DNA of 64,000 nt from an uncultured Acidobacteriota bacterium (GTDB taxonomy: Bacteria; Acidobacteriota; Thermoanaerobaculia; Multivoradales; SZUA-115), in the NCBI GenBank assembly GCA_963805975.1, contig CAWDVR010000004.1, positions 480,001-544,000 on the forward strand, given 5' to 3'. Positions 37,152 to 48,065 of this stretch are shown piece after piece (position 1 is the first letter of the stretch; every line of letters starts with the position of its first letter). Position numbers and translations under genes: made by a program. Under the pieces are notes generated by a model that worked only from the letters and a program-made list of their open reading frames with translations, searched no databases and had not been told where the DNA came from.

Positions 37152-38360
37152 ATGAGCACACTGACGCGCGCCACTCTCCTCGCCAGGAAGCCTGACCTGG
37201 AGCTCCGCCTCGATGCCAGGAACCAGGTCGCGGTGATGGTCGGCGGCGAGGCCGTGCCCTGCGGCCCCTACGGACTGGCCGTTCTGGAGGCGTTCTCGCG
37301 GCCTGCCACTCTCGACGAGGCATTGCGCCGGGTGCAGGCCCGTGGCGCCCAGGACTGGATGGACCTCACCAGCGTCGTCGTGCGTCTCTACGAGGCCGGG
37401 GTGCTCCTCGACGGCGAGCGCGGCAAGCCGGCGCCAGAGAGGCGCTCCGGCTTTGCGAGCTGGTCGGTCCACGTCAAGATGCTCAACGACCGGGTGCGCA
37501 CGGCCAGCTACCTGAGGGCGATCGCGGAAACGGTGCGACCGGGCGACGTGGTGGTCGACATCGGCACGGGCACCGGGGTGCTGGCGGTGGCCGCGGCCCG
37601 TGCCGGGGCGCGGCAGGTGTTTGCCGTCGAGGCTTCCGGCATTGCCACGGTGGCCCGCGAGGTCTTCGCGAGGAGCGGCGTGGGCGATCGGATCACGCTG
37701 GTCGAAAGCTGGTCCACGCAAGCCGAGCTTCCGGAGCCGGCGGACGTGATCGTGAGCGAGATCATTGGCAACGATCCTTTCGGGGAACGGGTCCTGGAGG
37801 TGCTCGCTGATGCCCGGAGGCGGTTGGCCCGGCCCGGCGCGCGCTCGGTTCCCCGCCGCTTGCGGGTCTACGTCCTGCCGGTGACGGTCCCGGAAGAAGA
37901 GCTGGTGCGCCGCATGGGGAGCGAGGCGACCCTCGCCCGCTGGCGCTCCTGGTACGACCTCGACCTCTCCCCGCTCGCTCTGCTGGCAGAGCAGTCGGAA
38001 GAGCCGCTTTTCTTTATCCGCCCGCAGAAGGCGAGCCTCTGGCCGGCGCTCGCCGAGCCGGCGCTGGTGGCGAACGTGGACCTCGAAGCCGAGCCGCCCG
38101 GCGTGCTGGACACGACCGCGGAGGTCACGGTCACGGCTCCCGGCCTCCTGAGCGGCCTGCTGATGTACTTCGAGCTCGATCTCAGCCCCACGGTCACGTT
38201 CTCCACTCATCCCGCCCGGGTCGAGGAGGCCGGCTGCTGGCGGAGCCCCGTGTGGGTCCCTGCCCGGCGGCGGCGCTACGAGCCCGGCGAGCGTCTCTCC
38301 CTCCGCTTCGAGTATGGGCATGCCTCCCGCTGGACGCGGTTGACCCTTCTTCCCGCGTAG
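37152..38360 (+). CDS. PRMT-like (protein arginine N-methyltransferase fold) SAM methyltransferase with an N-terminal RRE/wHTH-like domain
   Basis: HVKMLNDRVRT..Y..AI, VVDIGTGTGVL, VFAVEAS, DVIVSEIIGNDPFGE (E-x8-E loop), C-terminal GLLMYFEL..FSTHP..CW. Confidence 0.8.
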   Translation: MSTLTRATLLARKPDLELRLDARNQVAVMVGGEAVPCGPYGLAVLEAFSRPATLDEALRRVQARGAQDWMDLTSVVVRLYEAGVLLDGERGKPAPERRSGFASWSVHVKMLNDRVRTASYLRAIAETVRPGDVVVDIGTGTGVLAVAAARAGARQVFAVEASGIATVAREVFARSGVGDRITLVESWSTQAELPEPADVIVSEIIGNDPFGERVLEVLADARRRLARPGARSVPRRLRVYVLPVTVPEEELVRRMGSEATLARWRSWYDLDLSPLALLAEQSEEPLFFIRPQKASLWPALAEPALVANVDLEAEPPGVLDTTAEVTVTAPGLLSGLLMYFELDLSPTVTFSTHPARVEEAGCWRSPVWVPARRRRYEPGERLSLRFEYGHASRWTRLTLLPA

Positions 38361-38369
38361 GGCCCCAGC

Positions 38370-39401
38370 TTGCAGCCTCCGAGCGCAACCGCCGGCCTCG
38401 GGCACGAGACCTACCGGGTCTTCGGGCAGACCCTCGCCACGAGCTTTCCGCTCGCGAACGTGCTCGCCTCCGGCCACGGCCCGGTCGATTTGGTCTTCTC
38501 CTGCACGGACCAACCCCCGAGCGAGGTGGACGACGCGGCGTTCGAGCCCTTCTATCAAAGCCCCGAGCGTACGGGCTCGGGAGAAGCGGTCTGCAGTCTG
38601 GCTCGCTTTCCCGGGGCTCGCCTCGTCGAGTGGGAGAGGCTGGGCTTCCCGCAGGTGGCCGACTTCTACTATCTCGGCCCGGCCCGGATTCACGCCCGAA
38701 GGCTCGCCGGCGGGAACGATGCCGAGATCGAGCAGTGCCTGCTCGGGCCGGTCCTCTCCTACTGGCTCGAGCAGAGGGGAATCCTCGCGTTACACGCCTC
38801 AGCGGTGGAGGTGGGGGGCGAGGCGATTGCCTTCCTCGCCGCCGGCGGCACCGGGAAGACGTCGCTGGCCGCGGCCTTCCTCGCAGAGGGGGACGCCCTG
38901 GTCACGGACGACGTGCTGGCCCTCCAGCCCGCTGCACGAGGATTTCTGGCGCTTCCCGGCTACCCGCAGCTCAAGCTCTGGCCGGATCTCGCCCGGCAGC
39001 TCTTCGGTGAGCGTTCGGCCCTGCCGCGCGTGCTTCCGGGGGTCGAGAAGCTGCGCGCCCCGGTGGGGGCCGGCTTCGGGCGGTTCTGTCACCAAACGCT
39101 GCCGCTGACCGCGCTCTACCTGCTCGAACGGCGACCCGAGGACGCGGGCCGCGACGGCCGCGTGGTTCCGGTCGCCTCACGAGACGCCCTGATCGAGCTC
39201 GTCCGGCACTCGTTCTCGCCCCGCCTGGCGGAGGCGACCCAACTCCAGGAGCGCCGCCTCACGCAGTTCGCCCGCCTGCTGCGGGAGGTTCCAGTCCGGC
39301 GTCTGCTGGTGCCCTCGGCTCTCGAGCTCCTGCCGCGGGTGGCCGAGGCGGTGCGGCGGGACCTCAGCCTGCCGCGAGGGAACCCTTCTCCTCGAGAATG
39401 A
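38370..39401 (+). CDS. HPr kinase-like P-loop kinase (lasso-peptide kinase type)
   Basis: LHASAV, AAGGTGKTSL (Walker A), LVTDD. Confidence 0.85.
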   Translation: MQPPSATAGLGHETYRVFGQTLATSFPLANVLASGHGPVDLVFSCTDQPPSEVDDAAFEPFYQSPERTGSGEAVCSLARFPGARLVEWERLGFPQVADFYYLGPARIHARRLAGGNDAEIEQCLLGPVLSYWLEQRGILALHASAVEVGGEAIAFLAAGGTGKTSLAAAFLAEGDALVTDDVLALQPAARGFLALPGYPQLKLWPDLARQLFGERSALPRVLPGVEKLRAPVGAGFGRFCHQTLPLTALYLLERRPEDAGRDGRVVPVASRDALIELVRHSFSPRLAEATQLQERRLTQFARLLREVPVRRLLVPSALELLPRVAEAVRRDLSLPRGNPSPRE

Positions 39402-41703
39402 GACGGCGCCTCTCCCCCCGCTCCTCCGCGCCTGCCGCCTCTCCCTGGCGGTCGAGCTCGTCGAGCGCCGCCAGGGCCTGGTTGTAGTAGTGCCGGGCGG
39501 TGGCGGCGGCGAGCGGCCGCGCCTTCGCCGCCGCCATCCGCGAATACTCGAAAGCGCGGCCCCACATCCGGGCCTGCCCGAAGTGATAGGCCAAGAGCTC
39601 GCAGGCCTCGGCCCGATCCGCCGGCAGCCGGGCCTCGATCGCCTCGGCGATCCGCCGGTGGAGGATCTGGGCCCGTTCGGGGGAGAGGCTGGCGGCGATC
39701 GCCCTGCGGATGGAGGGGTGGGCGAACTCGAAAGTGCCGTGCCGTGCTCCCTGGACCCAGAGCGCCACGTCGCGCTGGCGGCGGCTGTCCGCCCAGTAGC
39801 GCAGGAAATGCCGCACCAGCCAGCGCTGCAGCATCATCTCGACACAGGTCTCGACCACGCCGCCGTCCTCCTGCTCGGCAGCTTCCAGGAGCTCGGCTTC
39901 GAACCGCTGGCCGATCAGGGAGGCCAGGGTGAGCAGGCGCCGGGTGGAGGAGGGCAGCCGGCGGATACGCCGCAGGACCAGATCCTCGTGGCGCGCGGGC
40001 AGGTGCGACCCGAGCTGCCCCCCGAATTGCTTGGGCACGGCCGTCAGGCGCCAGCTCTTGCCCTCCGGCACCAGGGCTCCCTCGTCCCACAGCAGGTTGA
40101 TCCATTCGGTAAGGAGCAGCGGGGCGCCTTCGGTGGCAGCGAACAGGAACCGCGCCAGGGTGGCGCTGCCCTGCTTGCCGACCAGCGAGACGGCGATGCG
40201 GGCCACGCTCTCGGCCGAGAGGCGGTCGAGCGACAGGCGCCTGACGCGGCCTCGCGGCGCGCCGGCCGCGGCGAGGAGCTTCGCCAGGCCGCTCGACGCG
40301 GTCTCTTGCGGCCGGTAGGTCGCCACCACCCAGACCGGCAGGTCGGCGATCTCGGGGAGCAGCGCATGGAGCAGGTTGAAAGTGTCGTCGTCCATCCACT
40401 GCAGGTTGTCGAGAAAGAGGATCAGCGGGCGGGGTTTGCTCGCCGCGCCGGCGCCCGCTGTGACGTGATGGAAGAAGGCGCCGAGGGCGATGGCCAGGCG
40501 GCCGACCGGCAGCGGTGGCGGGTCGCCCGGCCTGGGGGCCAGCTCGGGCCGGAGCTCGCCGAGCTCCGGCACCAGCCGCGCAACGTCCGCCAGCGCGTCG
40601 CCCAACGGCAGACGGGTGATGCGCTCGGCGATCTCGACCTCGCTGGCGAGCGAGTTGCGGAGCGCCTCGATCAGCGGCTGGAAGGCGACCGGCGGCGCGA
40701 GATCGTAGCTGCGGCCGAGAAACACCGTCGCCCGCTCCCGGCTGGTGATCTCGTCGAGGACGGCGCGCACGAGGCGCGACTTGCCGATCCCCGCCTCGCC
40801 CTCCACCAGCGTCAGGCACCCCTGGCCGTCGCTCGCCGCGCGCCAGGTGTGGTGGAGGTGCTGGGACGCTTCCTCTCTTCCCACCAGCGGGATGAGGGGC
40901 CCGCGGGGAGCCGCCTTGTGCTCGCCACCGGCGAGCGCCGGCAGGCTCTCGTCGAGGATCTGCCGGTGGAGCTGGCGGGTCTCCTCCATCGGCTCGACGC
41001 CCAGCTCCCTGCCGAGCAGGCGCTCGAAGCTCTCGTAGTCCTCGAGCGCCCGGCTGCGGCGGCCGGTGTAGGCATAGAGCAGCATGAGCTGGCGGTGCAC
41101 CTCCTCCGACAGCGGGTCGATGCGCAGCAACTGCCGCGCGTACTGGATGCCGAACACGTGGCCGCCGGAACGCAGATGGTGCGCCACCAGGGCACGCAGG
41201 GCGGCGACGGCGGACTCGCGCAGGCGTTCCTGCTCGGCGAGCATCCATTCCTCGAACGGTGGGCTGTCGGAGAGAAAGAAGCCGGCCAGGAAGTCGCCGC
41301 GGTAGAGCTGCGCCGCCCGCGCCAGCTCCCGCGGGTCGGCGACGTCGCCGTCGCCCCAGCCGCGGTCGATCGCCTCCGAGAAGGCATGGAGATCGACCCA
41401 GCAGTGCTCGCCCGGTGCGAAGCGGATGCTGCCCTGCTCGGCGGAGATCAGTGGCGGGGCGCCCTCCGGCACCTGCAGCACCGCGCGCAGGTTGTAGAGG
41501 GCCTGGCGCAGGTTCTGGCGGGCCGCCGTTTCGCCGTGGTGAGGCCAGAACAGGCCCGCCAACTGGTCGCGGCTGAAGGCCCGCCCGGGGTGGGCGGCGA
41601 GGTAGGCGATGAGCGCGCGGGCGCGCTGCGACTCGAAGCGGACCACCCGGCGCGAACCGGAGATCTCGAGTTCCCCCAGCAGGCGGATGTCGAGGCGGGT
41701 CAT
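39364..41703 (-). CDS. SARP/BTAD transcriptional regulator with AAA ATPase and TPR-like domains
   Basis: LDIRLLG, RALIAYL..SRDQLAGLFWP..NLRQAL (wHTH); YRGDFL..W...E, DPLSEE.HRQLM (BTAD); LVGRE, EGEAGIGKSRL, LDNLQWMD; FAHP. Confidence 0.9.
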   Translation of the reverse strand: MTRLDIRLLGELEISGSRRVVRFESQRARALIAYLAAHPGRAFSRDQLAGLFWPHHGETAARQNLRQALYNLRAVLQVPEGAPPLISAEQGSIRFAPGEHCWVDLHAFSEAIDRGWGDGDVADPRELARAAQLYRGDFLAGFFLSDSPPFEEWMLAEQERLRESAVAALRALVAHHLRSGGHVFGIQYARQLLRIDPLSEEVHRQLMLLYAYTGRRSRALEDYESFERLLGRELGVEPMEETRQLHRQILDESLPALAGGEHKAAPRGPLIPLVGREEASQHLHHTWRAASDGQGCLTLVEGEAGIGKSRLVRAVLDEITSRERATVFLGRSYDLAPPVAFQPLIEALRNSLASEVEIAERITRLPLGDALADVARLVPELGELRPELAPRPGDPPPLPVGRLAIALGAFFHHVTAGAGAASKPRPLILFLDNLQWMDDDTFNLLHALLPEIADLPVWVVATYRPQETASSGLAKLLAAAGAPRGRVRRLSLDRLSAESVARIAVSLVGKQGSATLARFLFAATEGAPLLLTEWINLLWDEGALVPEGKSWRLTAVPKQFGGQLGSHLPARHEDLVLRRIRRLPSSTRRLLTLASLIGQRFEAELLEAAEQEDGGVVETCVEMMLQRWLVRHFLRYWADSRRQRDVALWVQGARHGTFEFAHPSIRRAIAASLSPERAQILHRRIAEAIEARLPADRAEACELLAYHFGQARMWGRAFEYSRMAAAKARPLAAATARHYYNQALAALDELDRQGEAAGAEERGERRRLILEEKGSLAAG

Positions 41704-41791
41704 CGAAAAGTCGTCGGGTCGCGAGAGATTCACAGTGTAGCGCGGAACGCTGTAGCAGCGTCGCTCCGGTCCTTCGGCACTGGCAGGGCCC

Positions 41792-41820
41792 TTGACAGGC
41801 CGCCGCCGTAGTCCTATCCT
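41792..41820 (+). promoter_or_regulatory. Sigma70 promoter of groESL
   Basis: TTGACA (41792-41797), 17 nt spacer, TATCCT (41815-41820). Confidence 0.85.
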
Positions 41821-41821
41821 G

Positions 41822-41848
41822 TTAGCACTCACCGACGCCGAGTGCTAA
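41822..41848 (+). promoter_or_regulatory. CIRCE element (HrcA operator)
   Basis: Perfect TTAGCACTC-N9-GAGTGCTAA. Confidence 0.97.
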
Positions 41849-41938
41849 CAATCGGCCGTCGGTTCCCAATAAGTCACGTCGTTCCCGAAGGTTAATACGT
41901 ACACCGTGTGGATTTAGACGACTAAAGGAGGAGTTTCT

Positions 41939-42229
41939 GTGAACATCCGTCCCCTGAACGACCGTGTCGTGGTCAAGCGCATCGAGGCCCAGGAAGAGGT
42001 CCGTGGCGGCATCATCATCCCGGACACCGCTAAGGAGAAGCCGCAGGAGGCCGAGGTCATCGCGGTCGGCCCCGGCAAGCTCAACGACGACGGCAAGCGG
42101 GTGCCGATCGACGTCAAGGCCGGCGACCGCGTCCTGATCGGCAAGTACTCGGGCAGCGAGATCAAGGTCGGCGAGAACGACTACGTGATCCTGCGCGAGG
42201 ACGAGATCCTGGCCGTCGTCGAGAAGTAG
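41939..42229 (+). CDS. groES: Co-chaperonin GroES
   Basis: [29 protein letters not shown]; SD AAGGAGG. Confidence 0.98.
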   Translation: MNIRPLNDRVVVKRIEAQEEVRGGIIIPDTAKEKPQEAEVIAVGPGKLNDDGKRVPIDVKAGDRVLIGKYSGSEIKVGENDYVILREDEILAVVEK

Positions 42230-43957
<1,728 letters not shown>

Positions 43958-43992
43958 TCCAGACGTCTCGCCTCTTCGTTCAAGCAAGTTTC

Positions 43993-44026
43993 AATCGGCC
44001 CGGGGCGACCTGGGCCGGTTTTGTTT
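43993..44026 (+). terminator. Rho-independent terminator after groEL
   Basis: AATCGGCCCGG-loop-CTGGGCCGGTT followed by TTGTTT. Confidence 0.8.
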
Positions 44027-44140
44027 AGAGGGCTGTCGCGGACCCGCGGTGGCGCTGTCCCTCGCGGTGATCAGTGCGCTGGTGCACGGCATGCGGCCGG
44101 GGGTGGGGGGATGGCGCCCTCGATGGCATAGTCTCGCTCC

Positions 44141-45210
44141 ATGCTCCTCCTCTACGGCGCCAACGGCTACAGCGGCGAGCTGATCGCTCGCGAGGCCGTG
44201 CGGCGCGGGTTGGCTCCTGTTTTGGCAGGCCGGAACGCGGAGGCGGTCGGTGTGCTCGGGGCGGCGCTCGGTCTTGCCTTCTCGGGCCTTCGGTCTCGAC
44301 GACGCCGAAGCGCTGCGCAGCGGGCTCTCGGGCGTCTCCGCCGTGCTCCACTGCGCCGGGCCGTTCGTTGCACACCAGCGCACCGATGGTCGAAGCCTGC
44401 CTCGCGGCGGGGGCCCATTACCTCGACATCACCGGCGAGATCTCGGTCTTCGAGGCGGTCCTGAAGCAGGGCGCCCGCGCCGTCGAGCGGGGCATCGTGC
44501 TGCTGCCCGGCGTGGGCTTCGACGTGGTGCCGACGGACTGCCTGGCCGCGCGGCTGGCCCGGGCGCTGCCGGATGCGACACACCTCGACCTCGCCTTCGT
44601 CAACGTCGGCGGCGCGTGGAGCCGGGGCACGCTCTCCACGATGATCGGCAGCCTGCCGGCGGCGGGGGCGGTGCGGAGGGACGGCAGGATCGTGCCCGTG
44701 CCGGTGGCTCACGAAACCATGGAGCTCGACCTGCCCATCGGCCGCCGCACGGTGATGACGATCCCGTGGGGCGACGTCTCGACCGCCTACCACTCGACCC
44801 GCATTCCCAACATCCGGGTCTTCACCGGGGCCCATCCCGGTGCCGTGCGGCGCCTGCGGGCACTGCGGCCTTTCCTTCCCATGCTGGGCTGGAAGCCGAT
44901 CCAGTGGGCGGCGCTGGCCTGGGTGCGCCGGCGGGTGACCGGCCCGGACGAAGCGGCGCGCTCGGCGGCGCGGGTCTATCTCTGGGGCCGGGTACGCAAC
45001 GCGGCAGGCGCCGAGGCCACGGCGACGCTGGAGACGCCGGAGGGCTATACGCTCACCGCGCTCTCCGCCGTCGAGTGCCTGCGGCGAGTCGGTGCGGGCG
45101 AGGTCTCACCCGGCGCCTGGACGCCGTCCAAAGCCTTCGGCGCCGATTTCGTCGCTACGCTGCCGGGTGTCCAGGTGGGTGAGGTGGTCCGGAAGGAAGG
45201 CTCCCGGTGA
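44141..45210 (+). pseudogene. Saccharopine dehydrogenase-like oxidoreductase broken by two +1 frameshifts (pseudogene or sequencing error)
   Basis: LLYGANGYSG..LAGRN in one frame, LDDAEAL..VLHCAGPF in a second, HTSAPMVEACL..HYLDITGE..GVGFDVVP in a third. Confidence 0.8.
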
Positions 45211-45291
45211 TGGTGGGGGCCATGGCTTGCCTCGCTCACGCGCTTGTCCGAGCCGGTTGATTCTGTTTGCTGAGTTCGAGAGGATCTGGCC

Positions 45292-45492
45292 ATGAAGCTC
45301 AAGGTTGTCGTACATGAGGCAGAAGAGGGCGGTTATTGGGCCGAGGTGCCTGCGATTCCTGGCTGCGCCACCCAGGGAGAGACTTTCGAGGAGCTGCTGC
45401 AGAACCTCTACGAGGCGGTCGAGGGTTGTATGGCAGTGGATCTGGAACCATCGGCTACCGATGGCGAGCGGGTCATAGAGATCGCTGTGTGA
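45292..45492 (+). CDS. hicB: HicB-family antitoxin (short form)
   Basis: EEGGYWAEVPAIPGCATQGET.EE...NL.EA. Confidence 0.9.
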   Translation: MKLKVVVHEAEEGGYWAEVPAIPGCATQGETFEELLQNLYEAVEGCMAVDLEPSATDGERVIEIAV

Positions 45493-45695
45493 AGCAGCTT
45501 TCGGGTCGTGATCTCGCGCGCCTCGTCGAAAGACATGGTTGGGCACTGTTGCGGATCCACGGCAGCCATCACATCTACGGCAAGACCGGCAGCAAGGCTC
45601 GCCTCTCGATCCCGATCCACGGGAGCCACCCGCTCAAGACCGGCCTGCTCCGGTATCTGTTGAAGACAGCCGGAATCAACGAGCAGGATCTGTAA
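45489..45695 (+). CDS. hicA: HicA-family toxin
   Basis: GTG start; SGRDLARLVERHGW..LRIHGSHHIY...IPIH..LKTGLL. Confidence 0.9.
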   Translation: MKQLSGRDLARLVERHGWALLRIHGSHHIYGKTGSKARLSIPIHGSHPLKTGLLRYLLKTAGINEQDL

Positions 45696-45764
45696 CCCGC
45701 GCTCCCGAGCCGGGCGACCCACAAGCCCCCTGCTCCAAACCCGACACTAACGCGCCTCTTAAGC

Positions 45765-46106
45765 TCACGGGTAGTTCGGGCACTGCATCACGCACTCCCG
45801 GTAGCGGTCGTGACAGGCGTCGATGCACTCGTCGTCGAAGGGCGGGCACTGGTGCTGGATACAGCACTTGCGCTCGTTGAAGCAGCTCGCGCAGGGGTTG
45901 GGCGAGCAGAAGTAGGGTGGCGGGAGTGTTTTGGCCTCGGCAGCCGGCGCGAGTAGCGCGAGCAGCACCGGGTCGGCGGCTGGGATCGGCTGGGATTCCG
46001 CCAACGGGACTGGTTCTCCGGAAGAGGGCGCCGCCGGCGCGATGTCGGCAGACGCAGTGAGAACCACGAAAAGGGCGGGGACGAGGGCGAGCAAGGCTTT
46101 TTTCAT
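45765..46106 (-). CDS. Small secreted cysteine-rich protein (signal peptide, Pro/Ala-rich pro-like region, 10-Cys domain)
   Basis: MKKALLALVPALFVVLTASA; C-x4-C-x2-C-x5-CC-x4-C-x6-C-x3-C-x6-C-x3-C; SD AAGGAAG. Confidence 0.75.
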   Translation of the reverse strand: MKKALLALVPALFVVLTASADIAPAAPSSGEPVPLAESQPIPAADPVLLALLAPAAEAKTLPPPYFCSPNPCASCFNERKCCIQHQCPPFDDECIDACHDRYRECVMQCPNYP

Positions 46107-46235
46107 CAGGACACTTCCTTTGTCCAAGGGGGTGCCGGCGGAGGGCCTCGGGGAGACCGCCCTCGGCCGCGGTCTGCTCGAGGTGGTGAGCTGCTACGGA
46201 AGGGTCTTGCCCTGCTGTGCGTGAGAAGGGAGGGC

Positions 46236-46280
46236 TTGCGTCTTTTGCCAGGTCGAGAGTATGATTTTGGCATGTCAAAA
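46236..46280 (+). promoter_or_regulatory. tro operon promoter with a DtxR/MntR-like palindrome over the start codon
   Basis: TTGCGT-N18-TATGAT (46260-46265); near-palindrome TTTTGGCA|TGTCAAAA at 46265-46280. Confidence 0.6.
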
Positions 46281-47197
46281 AGATGGGTTCTCCTCCCTGC
46301 CCTGCTGAGCTTCCTCGCCGCCTGCAGCGGCGATCCTGCTTCCAAGCCCTCCTCCTCCCGCCAGGGGCCGATCAAGGTCGTCGCCACCACTGGCATGATC
46401 GGCGACGCCGCGAAGCGCATCGCCGGGGACCTGGCCCAGGTGGAGGCGCTGATGGGCCCGGGGGTGGATCCACACCTCTACAAGGCCAGCGAGAGCGACG
46501 TACGCAGGCTCTCGGAGGCCGATCTGATCCTCTACAACGGTCTCCACCTCGAAGGGAAGATGGGCGACATCCTGGTCAAGCTGGCGCGGACGCGCGCGGT
46601 GGTGGCGGTGTCCGAGACCATCCCGCAGGGGGAGCTTCGGGAGCCGCCCGAGTTCGCCGGCCAGTACGACCCGCACATCTGGTTCGACGTCCGGCTCTGG
46701 TCGCGCACGCTCGACCCCATTGCCGAGGCCCTGGCCGGGCTCGACCCGGCGAACGCCGAGGCCTTCCGCTCCAACGCCGCACGCTACCGGGAAGAGCTCG
46801 GCGAGCTCGACACCTGGGTGGCAGGGCGTATCCTCGAGATCCCGGAAGGCCAGCGCGTGCTGGTCACCGCGCACGACGCCTTCGGCTACTTCGGCCGCCG
46901 CTACGGTATGAAGGTGATGGGCCTGCAAGGCATCAGCACGCTCTCCGAGGCGGGGCTCAGGGACGTGGAGCGCGTGGTCGACGAAGTGGTCGCCAGCGGA
47001 ATCAAGGCGGTGTTCATCGAATCGTCCGTGCCGCGGCGCTCGATCGAAGCCGTCCAGGGGGCCTGCCGCGCCCGCGGGCGCGAGGTGGCGATCGGCGGCC
47101 AGCTCTTCTCGGACGCCATGGGCGCCCCCGGCACCGACGAGGGCACCTACCCCGGCATGGTGCGGGCCAACGTCAACACCATCGTGGAGGCCCTGAA

Positions 47198-47201
<4 letters not shown>
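46272..47201 (+). CDS. Mn/Zn ABC transporter substrate-binding lipoprotein (TroA-like)
   Basis: Lipobox FLAAC; [30 protein letters not shown]. Confidence 0.93.
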
Positions 47202-48064
<863 letters not shown>

Positions 48065-48065
48065 G

